Below are positions 1-9,970 of a stretch of 64,000 nt of DNA, piece by piece. The notes under the pieces were generated by a model. The model was not told the DNA's origin and did not search any database. It was given only the letters and a program-made list of their open reading frames with translations. Origin of the DNA: an uncultured Planctomycetales bacterium (GTDB lineage: Bacteria; Planctomycetota; Phycisphaerae; UBA1845; PWPN01); NCBI GenBank assembly GCA_964618455.1, contig CAZUAQ010000010.1, positions 1 to 64,000 of the forward strand, in the 5' to 3' direction. A program made the position numbers and the translations under genes. Each line of letters begins with the position of its first letter. Position 1 is the stretch's first letter.

Positions 1-335
1 GCCTTTGTAACTCCTCTCGGCTCCCACAACCCCGGTCCGAAGACCGGTTTGGGCTAGATCCGCTTTCGCTCGCCGCTACTCACGGAGTCTCGGTTGATTT
101 CCTTTCCTCCAGGTACTGAGATGTGTCAGTTCCCTGGGTCGGCCCGACAGGCCTATGCATTCAGCCTGTCGCAATGCCATCTACTTGCGTAGTGACATTA
201 GGTTGCCCTATTCGGAGATCCCCGGATCTATCGCTTGTTTGACAGCTCCCCGGGGCTTATCGCAGCCTACCACGTCCTTCATCGCCTCTCGACACCTAGG
301 CATCCACCATGCACTCTTAGTAACTTGATCGCATG
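1..335 (-). rRNA. rrl: 23S ribosomal RNA, 5' part (continues beyond the window start)
   Basis: Reverse complement of 277-335 reads gatcaagttactaagagtgcatggtggatgcctagg...ggcgatgaaggacgtggtaggctgcgataagcc, the conserved 5' end of bacterial 23S rRNA. Confidence 0.85.
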
Positions 336-884
336 TATGACGGGCTGTCGACGTGAATCGACAAACCGCACCATCCACACTTTCAAGGCACCTTGACGCA
401 TCAAGGCGGTCTGCTCCGCCACGGCCGAAGCCGCAACGGCATCCACCGCCGGTCGCGTCATTCAACGATATCATTACGCCAAAACGTAAACACTCGAAGA
501 ATTGAACCTGTTGGTTGTGATGCTCACTACCTGCTGATGATCACGCACCTGCTCGCGCAGGTTCTGCGATCATCGATCTCACCTATCCAGTTGTCAAAGA
601 GCACGCGTCCCCATGGACGCATATCGTCACATCGTCCGAGGGCGAATTCCGCCGAAACGGCCGAAATCCCAAATCACCTCGGAGCCTAGCAAGTATACTC
701 GTCAATCGGCCGCTGTAAAGCCCACTGCGGCCGAAATCTTTACTTTTTTCGCGGCCTTTTTCGGGCTCGTCTCCACCGCAACGCGGTCGCCGAAACCGCC
801 GATCATGCACCCCCCGACGGGGGTCGTGATCAGGCCTTTCCGTGCCGTCCGCCGGGCTCGGGCGACGGTCCCACCCGAGTCACG

Positions 885-957
885 TGGAGCCGAGCGGGCT
901 CGAACCGCCAACCTCCTGGTTGCAAACCAGGCGCTCTCCCAGTTGAGCTACGGCCCC
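885..957 (-). tRNA. tRNA-Ala (anticodon TGC)
   Basis: Reverse complement ggggccgtagctcaactgggagagcgcctggtTTGCAAccagg...ggttcgagcccgctcggctcca; cloverleaf with anticodon loop tt-TGC-aa; sits in the ITS upstream of 23S. Confidence 0.9.
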
Positions 958-1006
958 GTATCCATCGACCGGGCTCACTACCGCCCGCGGCCGACGAAGA
1001 ATGCCA

Positions 1007-1080
1007 TGGGCCCGCGAGGATTCGAACCTCGGACCTCGTCGTTATCAGCGACGCGCTCTAACCAACTGAGCTACGAGCCC
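1007..1080 (-). tRNA. tRNA-Ile (anticodon GAT)
   Basis: Reverse complement gggctcgtagctcagttggttagagcgcgtcgCTGATAAcgacg...ggttcgaatcctcgcgggccca; anticodon loop ct-GAT-aa. Confidence 0.9.
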
Positions 1081-1158
1081 TCTTCAGTTGTCAGCCGCCT
1101 CCCGACGATCCTGCCTGCCCAGCCGACAATTTCCAAAAAACCGACTTTTCGTGAGGCG

Positions 1159-1187
1159 AAAAAAAAACCACCGACCCGAGTCGGCGG
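1159..1187 (-). terminator. Rho-independent terminator after the GATase/lipoprotein genes, upstream of the tRNA-23S unit
   Basis: On the minus strand ccgccgac-tcgg-gtcggtgg hairpin followed by a run of 9 T (plus strand has the A-run at 1159-1167). Confidence 0.5.
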
Positions 1188-1589
1188 TTCATCGCAGCAG
1201 GCGATAAACTTCGGCCTTCCGTCTAGGTCATCCCACGATCCCGGCTTGCCGGAACTCGGAATCCGTTGTCGGCTGGCATACGCAAAAGGCAGGATCCTCC
1301 GTTGGAGACCTCAAGACCGCTCATTCGCGGACCCACGCTCGTGAATCCACGGTTAAGTGTACATGCGTGTCGCGTTTTGTCAACCACGCGAAATCCACAC
1401 TCATGTCGACCTGTCCCCCGACAGGACTGCACCCAAAATGGCTGGATTCGATAGAATAATCGCCAATATTCCAGGAAATACATTCTCACTTTAATTGGCC
1501 TAGTTCACCCGTCTCGGGGCTATCTTGCAGCGTGAGCTTCGACCATTCGACGGCATCGCCTGCAGAACATGCTCCGGCTCCGCCCGATT

Positions 1590-1901
1590 TCATTCTTCGT
1601 ACCAAGTGAAATCGGTAAGCCGAGCGATGGGTACCACGTCTCCCCCGCCACCCTTCCGATACAGCACGATGTAATTCTCATGAAAGTCGATCCCCGTATA
1701 CTCCTGTAGAGAGTCGCTGCTGTGGTAGCCTTCGCCATGTGCTCTTGGGGTCCTGAAGGAGACCCTCAGTTTTCCCCTGACCCGTTTGGCGACGGCCGGG
1801 GCCTCTTCACTTCGGCCCGCTTGATCTGCTCCGCAGGCCAGATTTGTCAGGAAGCAGGCGCCCGCCACGAAACCGACCCACAACAGTGATGACTTACGCA
1901 T
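1590..1901 (-). CDS. Small secreted/lipoprotein-like protein (103 aa), hypothetical
   Basis: Internal Met of the 1590..2348 ORF (MRKSSLLWVGFVAGACFLTNLAC...) gives a signal peptide with a Cys after the h-region; an ATG reverse complement is at 1899-1901; the longer ORF's N-terminal part overlaps the GATase gene. Confidence 0.5.
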   Translation of the reverse strand: MRKSSLLWVGFVAGACFLTNLACGADQAGRSEEAPAVAKRVRGKLRVSFRTPRAHGEGYHSSDSLQEYTGIDFHENYIVLYRKGGGGDVVPIARLTDFTWYEE

Positions 1902-1932
1902 GTCTTGTACCCCTGCAAGGAATCCCGTGAAC

Positions 1933-2649
1933 TCAAATGTCGTCGTTCTGAAAAAGAGTGTTCCAACGCTGAACCAGTTCTCGCGCCTGCTGGTTCTGTC
2001 GTGCCAGTGCCGGTTCCAGACGATTTCGGTACTGCTCGAAACGATCCTCTTCCGGCAGCGCCGCCAGCTCATCCGCGCAGACGTGAACGAGGTTCTGCAC
2101 GATGTCCATCGTGCATTCGAGGTGGAACTGCAGGCCGTAGACACGGCGGCCGAGGCGAAAGGCCTGTTGCTCGTAGCGATGTGATCGGGCGAGCTGCACC
2201 GCCCCTTCCGGCATGTCGTATGTGTCGCCATGCCACTGGAACACTTCCAACTCCCGGGGAAGCGCGGCGAAGAGTGGATCGCTGTCCGAGCCGAGCGTCC
2301 GCTCGATCGGGAACAGACCGATCTCCTTCGGGCGTTGGGCATAGACACGGGCGCCGGCGGCGCGGGCGAGCAACTGACACCCCAGGCAGATGCCGAGGAC
2401 CGGCGCGTCGCGCCGAATCAATTCCACCAGCAGCGCGCGTTCGGGCGTGAGGTACGCATGCTTGTCCGTGTCATCCACGTTCATCGGGCCGCCCATCACC
2501 AGCCAGGCCTCGTAGTCGTCCGGGCCAGGCACGGGCGCGCCGCCATACAACGGCACACGCGTCAGCGCATGCCCCGCCTCCCGCAACGCTGCGCCGAAGA
2601 TTCCCTCGTTTTCACATTCGAAATGCTGCAATACCGCGATGCGCGCCAC
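1933..2649 (-). CDS. Class I glutamine amidotransferase-like protein
   Basis: 238 aa; GATase1 core motif GICLGCQLL with downstream His/Glu; compact single-domain protein. Confidence 0.7.
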   Translation of the reverse strand: MARIAVLQHFECENEGIFGAALREAGHALTRVPLYGGAPVPGPDDYEAWLVMGGPMNVDDTDKHAYLTPERALLVELIRRDAPVLGICLGCQLLARAAGARVYAQRPKEIGLFPIERTLGSDSDPLFAALPRELEVFQWHGDTYDMPEGAVQLARSHRYEQQAFRLGRRVYGLQFHLECTMDIVQNLVHVCADELAALPEEDRFEQYRNRLEPALARQNQQARELVQRWNTLFQNDDI

Positions 2650-2953
2650 AATCGGACCTCCGTGGGTGAGTCACAGGCAACTGCCATGGCTGGATCCGCG
2701 CATTGTAACGCACGTGAACACGCGTGACAGCGTCGCCGGGGCGTAAATGGAGGCTGAGAAAGTGTGTGAGAAGCTCTTCCAGAGAAAAGGACAGTCCCTG
2801 AGCTTGACACACACGTTCTGAGGCTTGCGAAGATGGGCACTGCCGCTTTCATCTTGTTTCGCCTCCTGCCGATGAATAAGATGATAGGTTGTGATTCAGG
2901 GCCCATCCGGCAAGTCTTTGCCGACTCCAGAACATCCGAGGTCAACGAATTCC

Positions 2954-5900
2954 ATGTCGCGGTTCAGACATGCTTGTGCAGTCCTCCTCTGGATGCTGAT
3001 CGTTCCGATGATGACGGAGCGCCTTTCGGCGGCGGAATCGCTTCCGGCTGATCGCTTGACGACCGATGCGCCGACTCCCGTCATTTACAGCCGGGACATC
3101 AAACCGATCCTCTCCGAAAACTGCTACACCTGCCACGGCCCTGACGCGAACCAGCGTAAAGCCAAGCTGCGGCTCGACACGCATGAAGGCGCCACGGGGG
3201 AATACCGCTCCGACCGCTACGCCGTGGTGCCCGGCGATCTGACGGCCAGCACGCTGATCCAGCGGATCACGACCGACGACGAATTTGATCGCATGCCGCC
3301 GGTGGACAGCGGGAAGGATCTCTCCGCGCGCGAGATCGATCTGCTCCAGCGCTGGGTGGCCGATGGCGCCCCGTTCGATCGGCACTGGTCGTACCAGCCT
3401 CCCGTCCGACCGGAGGTGCCCACACCGGCCGCCCATGCCGAACGCGTGCGTAATCCCATCGACGCCTACGTGTTTTCGAGGCTGGAATCAGAGGGCCTCG
3501 CGCCTTCTCCGGAGGCGGACCGGCGGACGCTGCTTCGGCGTCTCTCCTTCGACCTGACCGGGCTTCCGCCCCAACCGGACGACGTCGAGGCCTTTGAAGC
3601 CGCCACCTCACCGGAAGCTTACACACATGCCGTGGATCGCCTGCTCGCCTCTCCCCATTTCGGCGAACGCATGGCCATCTACTGGCTCGACCTCGTGCGC
3701 TACGCGGACACGACGGGCATCCATGGGGACAACCACCGCGAGGTTTCGGCGTACCGCGACTACGTCATCGATGCGTTCAACCACAACAAGCCGTTCGACT
3801 GGTTCACGGTGGAACAACTCGCGGGCGACCTTCTTCCGGACCCGACGACCGAACAACTTGTCGCCTCCGGTTACAACCGGCTTCTGATGACCACGGAGGA
3901 AGGCGGAGCGCAGCCCAAGGAGTACCGGGCGAAGTACGACGCGGATCGCGTGCGCAATGTGTCCTCGGTGTGGCTGGGTTCGACGATGGCCTGCGCGCAG
4001 TGCCACGACCATAAGTACGACCCGTTCACGATGAAGGATTTCTATAGCCTCGCCTCCTACTTCGCGGACATCAAGGAGACGGAGGTCGGGACGCAGCCGC
4101 CGAATCTCCGCCTGCCCACCGATGCCCAGCGCGAGCAACTGCGCCGGCTGGACAAGAGGATCGCGCAGGCACAGCGCCGGCTCGACACGCAGACGCCCGA
4201 ACTCGACGAGGCCTTGGCGGCCTGGGAATCGAAGGTCCGCGAATCGCAATCGATCTGGACCGCGCTCACTCCGCATGTGGCGGCTTCTCCGGGGGGATCG
4301 AATCTGCATGTTCAGGATGACGATTCGCTCTTCGTGGACGGCACTTCGGCCCAACAGGAACGGTATGTCATCGCGACCTTCACACCCTTGACCGGGATCA
4401 CCGGCCTCCGCCTGGAGGTGATGGCGGACGATCGCCTTCCCGCCAAGGGGCCGGGTCGGGCGCCGAATGGGAACTTCGTTCTCAACGAGTTGTCCGTCTA
4501 CGCCGCGGCGGCGGAACGACCGGGCGAGCAGCAACGCCTGGTTCTGCAGAACGCGACGGCGGACTTCAACCAGGACGGCTTTTCGGTCGAACGGGCCATT
4601 GACAGCGACCTGGCGACGGGCTGGGCGATCATGCCCTCCTCCGGTCGATCGCACCAGGCGGTGTTTGAAACGGACGTGGACGCCGGCTTCGCCGGGGGCA
4701 CCGTGCTCACCTTCGTGCTGGATCAGCACTACGGCAGCATGCATGCGATCGGACGGCTCCGCTTCTCCGTGACCACCGAGCAGCGTCCACTCACGGCGAC
4801 GGACCACATCGCGCCGCCGGCAGAGATCCGCGAGCTGGTCATGATCGCCCCGGAGGCGCGCACACCAGAGCAGCAGGCATCCATTGCCGCGCATTTCCGA
4901 AGCGTCACCCCCCTGCTTCAGCCGGCGCGCGATCGACTGGCTTCGTTGCAGCAACGGCATCAGGAGATAAACGCGGCGGTCCGCACGATGCTGATCAGCG
5001 AATCGATCGAGGAACCGCGGACGGTGCGCGTGCTGCCGCGTGGTAACTGGCTGGATGAGTCGGGCGAGGAAGTCGCGCCCGAGGTCCCCGCCGTGCTGGC
5101 CTCTTACGAACCCACCGATATTCCGAAGGATCCGCCCGCCCGGCCGACGCGACTGGATCTGGCGCGCTGGTTGACGGATCCCGAGAATCCGCTGGTGGCA
5201 CGGGTCCTCGTGAACCGGTTGTGGAAGATCATGTACGGCCGCGGCCTGGTGAGCACGCTGGAAGACTTCGGCTCGCAGGGCGATTGGCCGACGCATCCGG
5301 AGCTGCTCGACTGGCTGGCGGTGGAGTTCATCGACAGCGGGTGGGACGTCAAGCACATGCTCCGGCTGATGGCCCATTCGGAAACGTACCGCCAGACATC
5401 GGAAGTCACGACGGCTGCGATCGAGCGGGATCCGCTGAATCGTTTGCTGAGCCGACAGAACACGTTCCGCCTTCCGGCTGAATGCGTTCGCGACAATGCC
5501 CTGGCGGTCAGCGGCCTTCTGAATCGTGAGATCGGCGGGCGCAGCGTCAAGCCCTACCAGCCGGCGGGCTACTGGCAGCATCTGAACTATCCCAAGCGGA
5601 CGTACGAGGCGGACCAGGGCCACGCGCTGTATCGGCGCGGCCTCTACACGTACTGGTGCCGGACCTTCCTGCATCCGAGTCTGCTGGCGTTCGACGCGCC
5701 TACGCGTGAGGAGTGCACGGTGGAGCGGACTCGATCCAATACGCCGCTTCAGGCGCTGGTGCTGCTGAACGATCCGGCCTATGTGGAGGCGGCGCGGGCC
5801 CTGGCGGCACGCGTGCTGACGGAGGGCGGTGCGACCTTCGATGAGAGGTTGGGCCATGCGTACCACCTGGTGCTTCACCGGATAGCCCGGCCCTCGGAAA

Positions 5901-6088
5901 TGGAAACGCTGCGGACGCTCCTCGAGAAGCACATGTCGGATTACGCCGAGAATCCGGACCTGGCCGAGGCCCTGCTCGGTGTCGGCCATTATTCGGCGCC
6001 GGCGAATCTGGATCCCGTGGAACTGGCGGCCTGGACCTCGGTGACGCGGACGATTCTCAATCTGCACGAAACGATCACGCGGTACTGA
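2954..6088 (+). CDS. PSCyt1/PSCyt2/PSD1 (planctomycete cytochrome-c domain + DUF1549 + DUF1553) protein
   Basis: Signal peptide from the Met at 2954 (MSRFRHACAVLLWMLIVPMM); heme-binding-like CYTCHGPDANQRKAKLRLD motif; about 1040 aa; immediately followed by a DUF1501 partner, the typical planctomycete pair. Confidence 0.8.
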   Translation: MSRFRHACAVLLWMLIVPMMTERLSAAESLPADRLTTDAPTPVIYSRDIKPILSENCYTCHGPDANQRKAKLRLDTHEGATGEYRSDRYAVVPGDLTASTLIQRITTDDEFDRMPPVDSGKDLSAREIDLLQRWVADGAPFDRHWSYQPPVRPEVPTPAAHAERVRNPIDAYVFSRLESEGLAPSPEADRRTLLRRLSFDLTGLPPQPDDVEAFEAATSPEAYTHAVDRLLASPHFGERMAIYWLDLVRYADTTGIHGDNHREVSAYRDYVIDAFNHNKPFDWFTVEQLAGDLLPDPTTEQLVASGYNRLLMTTEEGGAQPKEYRAKYDADRVRNVSSVWLGSTMACAQCHDHKYDPFTMKDFYSLASYFADIKETEVGTQPPNLRLPTDAQREQLRRLDKRIAQAQRRLDTQTPELDEALAAWESKVRESQSIWTALTPHVAASPGGSNLHVQDDDSLFVDGTSAQQERYVIATFTPLTGITGLRLEVMADDRLPAKGPGRAPNGNFVLNELSVYAAAAERPGEQQRLVLQNATADFNQDGFSVERAIDSDLATGWAIMPSSGRSHQAVFETDVDAGFAGGTVLTFVLDQHYGSMHAIGRLRFSVTTEQRPLTATDHIAPPAEIRELVMIAPEARTPEQQASIAAHFRSVTPLLQPARDRLASLQQRHQEINAAVRTMLISESIEEPRTVRVLPRGNWLDESGEEVAPEVPAVLASYEPTDIPKDPPARPTRLDLARWLTDPENPLVARVLVNRLWKIMYGRGLVSTLEDFGSQGDWPTHPELLDWLAVEFIDSGWDVKHMLRLMAHSETYRQTSEVTTAAIERDPLNRLLSRQNTFRLPAECVRDNALAVSGLLNREIGGRSVKPYQPAGYWQHLNYPKRTYEADQGHALYRRGLYTYWCRTFLHPSLLAFDAPTREECTVERTRSNTPLQALVLLNDPAYVEAARALAARVLTEGGATFDERLGHAYHLVLHRIARPSEMETLRTLLEKHMSDYAENPDLAEALLGVGHYSAPANLDPVELAAWTSVTRTILNLHETITRY

Positions 6089-6109
6089 CGCGCGTGGGAC
6101 GGGACAGTC

Positions 6110-7546
6110 ATGAATCTTGAAGATCGCATCGGCATCAAAGAGACTCGGCGAACGTTCCTGGGGCGGGCGACGCACAGCATCGGCGCGATCGCGCTGGCTT
6201 CGCTGATGAACCCGGCGCGGCTCCTGTCCGCGGCCCCCCCCGCCGCCCTGGGGTCGCGCGGGATCGTGAACCCCCTGCACTTTGCCCCGAAGGCCAAGCG
6301 CATCATCCATCTGTACATGGCGGGCGGGCCGTCGCACCTGGAGACTTTCGATCCCAAGCCGAAGCTGGCGGAGATGCACGGCAAACCGATGCCCGACAGC
6401 TACACCAAGGGTCAGCCGATCGCGCAGCTCCAGGGGAAGCAGCTCAACTGCTTTGCCCCGCAATACCCGTTCCGAAAGTACGGCGAGAGCGGGCAGGAGA
6501 TCTGCGAACTGTTCCCGCACATCGGGTCCGTGGCGGATGACATCTGCATCCTGCGTTCGCTGCACACGGAAGCGATCAACCACGACCCGGCGCACACGTT
6601 CATGAACACGGGCACGACGATCTCCGGCCGTCCGGCGATGGGCGCGTGGCTGCTCTACGGCCTCGGGGCCGAAAGCGAGAACCTGCCCGGCTTCGTCGTG
6701 CTGACCTCCGAAGGCAAGTTCGGCCAGGCCCAGCCGATCGCCGCGCGGCAGTGGCACAGCGGTTTCCTGCCGAGCAAGTACCAGGGCGTCCAGTTCCAGT
6801 CGCAGGGGGACCCGGTGCTGTACGTGCGCAACCCGGACGGAGTCCTGCCCGACCAGCAGCGTGACATCGTCGAGGCGGTCAATACGCTGAACCGCGAACA
6901 CGGCGAAACGATCGAGGATCCGGAGATCGCCACGCGGATCGCGCAGTACGAGATGGCGTTCAGGATGCAGACCAGCGTGCCGGAACTGATGGACCTGGCT
7001 GACGAGCCGGAGTCGGTCAAGGCGATGTACGGTACGGAGGGGGCGGACGGCACTTTCGCGGCGAACTGCCTGCTGGCCCGGCGACTGGCGGAGCGCGGCG
7101 TGCGTTTCATCCAGGTGTATCACCGCGGCTGGGATCACCACGACGGCATCAAGAAGAACATCAAGGGCACGGCGAGCGAAGTCGACCAGGCGTCGGCGGC
7201 ACTGATCCGGGATCTCAAGCAGCGCGGCATGCTCGAGGAGACACTGGTGCTCTGGGGCGGTGAGTTCGGGCGGACGCCCATGGCCCAAGGTAACGGGCGC
7301 GATCATCACATCAAGGGCTACTCCATGTGGATGGCCGGTGGCGGGATTCAGGGCGGTGTCGCGTACGGGGCGACGGACGAACTGGGGTACAACGCCGAGG
7401 AGAACAAGGTTCACATGCACGACCTGCACGCCACGATGCTGCATCTGCTCGGCGTCGATCACGAACGGCTGACCTACCGCTTCCAGGGACGCGACTTCCG
7501 CCTGACGGATGTGGCGGGGCATGTCGTCAGCGATATTCTGGCGTGA
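6110..7546 (+). CDS. DUF1501 (sulfatase-like fold) protein with Tat-type signal
   Basis: N-terminus TRRTFLGRATHSIGAIALA (twin-arginine); 478 aa; HTEAINHDPAHTFMNTG and GGEFGRTP motifs typical of DUF1501. Confidence 0.8.
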   Translation: MNLEDRIGIKETRRTFLGRATHSIGAIALASLMNPARLLSAAPPAALGSRGIVNPLHFAPKAKRIIHLYMAGGPSHLETFDPKPKLAEMHGKPMPDSYTKGQPIAQLQGKQLNCFAPQYPFRKYGESGQEICELFPHIGSVADDICILRSLHTEAINHDPAHTFMNTGTTISGRPAMGAWLLYGLGAESENLPGFVVLTSEGKFGQAQPIAARQWHSGFLPSKYQGVQFQSQGDPVLYVRNPDGVLPDQQRDIVEAVNTLNREHGETIEDPEIATRIAQYEMAFRMQTSVPELMDLADEPESVKAMYGTEGADGTFAANCLLARRLAERGVRFIQVYHRGWDHHDGIKKNIKGTASEVDQASAALIRDLKQRGMLEETLVLWGGEFGRTPMAQGNGRDHHIKGYSMWMAGGGIQGGVAYGATDELGYNAEENKVHMHDLHATMLHLLGVDHERLTYRFQGRDFRLTDVAGHVVSDILA

Positions 7547-7633
7547 TGCCTCACCATCAAAGAAGGGCCCCACTCGTTTGATGAATGGGACCCTGTTGAA
7601 CTCACTTGTGATCTGCGAGCTATTCCCAACGAT

Positions 7634-9007
7634 TCACGCCCGGGGCTTCTTCTCTCCCGCTTCTGATGCCAGTGTCTGCGGTACCTCGGGGTTGCCGTTG
7701 GTCTTGCCGAGATCGCCGGCGAGCTTCTGCGTCAATGTCCGCAGGTCGATGCCGAGCACCGACTCGAGCGTGCCGAGTGACTCGGCCAGCATGCGGGCGC
7801 GCCCGAGGGCCGCCCCATTGATGGCAGTGCCCTGACCGCCGTCGATGACGGTCACGTCGCCGAGATCGACGTTGGCGATGGTCTTGGTCAAGTCACTGAC
7901 GACGTCCGGCAGCATCTCCGCCAGCATGACCTTGAGTGCCTCGGGATGGTTCTGGATAGCCTTGCCGATGGTCTCGATGGCGGCGGCGCGGGCCTTGCCC
8001 TCTTCAAGAATCGTGGCGGCGGCACCTTCCGCCTTCGCCTTGGCGACGTCACGTTCGGCGTCGGCCTGCTTGACCTCCGTCGCCAGCAGACGGGCCTCTT
8101 GCGCTTCGGCGGCGGCCTTCTGCGTCTCGGCTTCCATGAGTTCCGCTTCCCGCGCGAGTTCGGCCTTGCGAATACGCAGCTCGTTTTCCGACACGGCGAT
8201 CTCCGTGTCCGCCTTGAGTCGGGCGTTCTCGGCGTGCTGGCGGCTGGCGGCTTCGGCGGCTCGGGCCTCGGCATCGCGTTCGGCCTGGGCTCGACGGGAA
8301 ATCGCAAGGGCTTCGGCTTCCTTGACGTCGGCCTGCGACTTCTTCTCCGCCTCGTACTGGCGGGCCCCGGCGAGTACCTCCGCCGACGCCTTGCGGGCAA
8401 TCGACTCGAGGTACTGCTCGTCGTCATGCACGTTCTGAATGTTCACGCTGTCGATGGTGATGCCGAGCTTACGGAAGTCGTCGCTCACCTCGTTCATGAC
8501 GGTCGCCACGAACTTGTCGCGGTCTTCGACGATTTCCTCCGGGGTCATCTTGCCGATGACGGCACGAAGCCCGCCCTCGAGCGTCTCGCGCGAGACGCGT
8601 TGCATCTCCTGCAATGGCTGACCGAGAAATCGCTCGATGGCGTTGCCGCGCGTCTCGGGTTCGGACGAGATTTTGACGTTGGCGACACCGGTGACATAGA
8701 CGGGAATCATCTTGCCGCCACCGGATTGCGCCTTGACCTCCAGGCCGACCTGAATGTTGCGCAGCGAGATCCGGTTCACGCTTTCAAAAACGGGAATGAC
8801 GAGGGTGCGGCCACCGATGAGCACGCGATAACCTTCGCCGGCGCGGTTGCGCTTTCCGCTGATAACAATCATCTCGCTGGGGTTGCCGACCACCACCAGT
8901 TTGGCGGCGATAAAGACGGCGGCAATGATGATGAAGAGTATCCCGCCGCCCAGGATGAACGGCCATAATTCACTGACGCCTTGCGCGAGCATGGTCATGT
9001 GTTCCAT
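7634..9007 (-). CDS. floT: Flotillin-like SPFH/band-7 protein
   Basis: N-terminal TM, then an SPFH domain, then a long E/A/K-rich coiled-coil (AEAEKKSQADVKEAEALAISRRAQAERDAEARAAEAA...); paired with an NfeD gene upstream. Confidence 0.8.
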   Translation of the reverse strand: MEHMTMLAQGVSELWPFILGGGILFIIIAAVFIAAKLVVVGNPSEMIVISGKRNRAGEGYRVLIGGRTLVIPVFESVNRISLRNIQVGLEVKAQSGGGKMIPVYVTGVANVKISSEPETRGNAIERFLGQPLQEMQRVSRETLEGGLRAVIGKMTPEEIVEDRDKFVATVMNEVSDDFRKLGITIDSVNIQNVHDDEQYLESIARKASAEVLAGARQYEAEKKSQADVKEAEALAISRRAQAERDAEARAAEAASRQHAENARLKADTEIAVSENELRIRKAELAREAELMEAETQKAAAEAQEARLLATEVKQADAERDVAKAKAEGAAATILEEGKARAAAIETIGKAIQNHPEALKVMLAEMLPDVVSDLTKTIANVDLGDVTVIDGGQGTAINGAALGRARMLAESLGTLESVLGIDLRTLTQKLAGDLGKTNGNPEVPQTLASEAGEKKPRA

Positions 9008-9055
9008 CTCCAGAGTCCTCCTGCGTTTGCTGTGGTGTCCCTTGTCATGTCAGGC

Positions 9056-9796
9056 TTATTCCGGATCGGTCTCGGTAACCTGCACGAATTCCTTGCGCGA
9101 GATCACTTCGGCAGTCCCGTTCTTCATGCCGACGATGGCGACCGGCTGCCCGGCCGGGAAGGTGTCGTCCGCGCGTTTGCTTCGTGCGGGCACGTATCGC
9201 GTGCGCCCACGCACATGCGTCGCCACTTCGCCACGCTCGGGTGGCGCGATGGCGATGGTGACCCGTGCCGCCTTGCGCAGGTATTCCGTGGCGTTGATGG
9301 CGTCGTTGCCGCCCGAGCTGTGCAGGTAGCGCACCGCCTGGTGGACCGACTGACCGATCATGAGTCCGCCGATGAACGCCACCGCGAAGACCACACCCGT
9401 ACCGTATCCGCTGAGCGTGCCCATCACCGTGCCGATGAAGCCGAACGTGGCGGCGAAGAACACGAAGAATCGCATGGAAAGCCATTCGGCCACGGAGAAG
9501 CCCGATCCGTGCGCTCCGGCATGCGCGGCATCCAGTCCGTCCAGATCGACATCGCCCGCGTCGAAGTCGACGCCGTCGGCGGGCATCTCCATGTCGAAAT
9601 CCGCATCGAACTCGGCGTCCAGATCGAGATCCAGATCGGCATCGGCTTCGAAATCCCCCCCGTCATCGCCGCCCGACGCGAGCGAGATGAGGATCATGCC
9701 GCCGCCGACCACCAGGCAGATCACGTACAGGGCCGAAAGCCCGGTCCAGACGACCGCAACACACTGCATCAACACTAGGCCATCACTCGTGGACAT
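9056..9796 (-). CDS. NfeD-family membrane protein (flotillin partner) with an Asp-rich insert
   Basis: Start at MSTSDGLV; several TM helices; C-terminal OB-fold-like segment (PAGQPVAIVGMKNGTAEVISRKEFV); immediately upstream of flotillin. Confidence 0.65.
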   Translation of the reverse strand: MSTSDGLVLMQCVAVVWTGLSALYVICLVVGGGMILISLASGGDDGGDFEADADLDLDLDAEFDADFDMEMPADGVDFDAGDVDLDGLDAAHAGAHGSGFSVAEWLSMRFFVFFAATFGFIGTVMGTLSGYGTGVVFAVAFIGGLMIGQSVHQAVRYLHSSGGNDAINATEYLRKAARVTIAIAPPERGEVATHVRGRTRYVPARSKRADDTFPAGQPVAIVGMKNGTAEVISRKEFVQVTETDPE

Positions 9797-9970
9797 GAGG
9801 GTTGCTCCTCTCACGGAGGAACCCGGGGCGCACTTCACTCGACCCCGGTGCTTCTCCCGCAAGTGAAGTGTACCCCAACCTCGATTTGCGTGCCATTAGA
9901 AGAATGGCGTTTGTTTCAACCCTGGATCAAAGCAATCCTATCGCGTGATGCCGGAAACCGGGATTTCCGC

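Noticed and set aside
613-1344. 243-aa plus-strand ORF over the ITS and tRNA region
   Set aside because: It overlaps tRNA-Ala and tRNA-Ile and the 23S-proximal spacer, so it is non-coding RNA territory.
1081-1590. Search for a 16S rRNA gene upstream of tRNA-Ile
   Set aside because: There is no anti-Shine-Dalgarno 3' end (ggatcacctcc) and no 16S-like conserved blocks. The region instead holds an intrinsic terminator, so the 16S is presumably elsewhere.
1590-2348. 252-aa extended ORF upstream of the small lipoprotein gene
   Set aside because: The N-terminal 150 aa are Ser/Arg-rich and overlap the better-supported GATase gene in another frame. Only the C-terminal 103 aa from the internal Met look genuine.
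3608-7573. 1321-aa minus-strand ORF spanning the PSCyt and DUF1501 genes
   Set aside because: Arg/Gly/Pro-rich low-complexity translation with no domain motifs. It is exactly antisense to two genes with strong family signatures and is a typical high-G+C antisense artefact.
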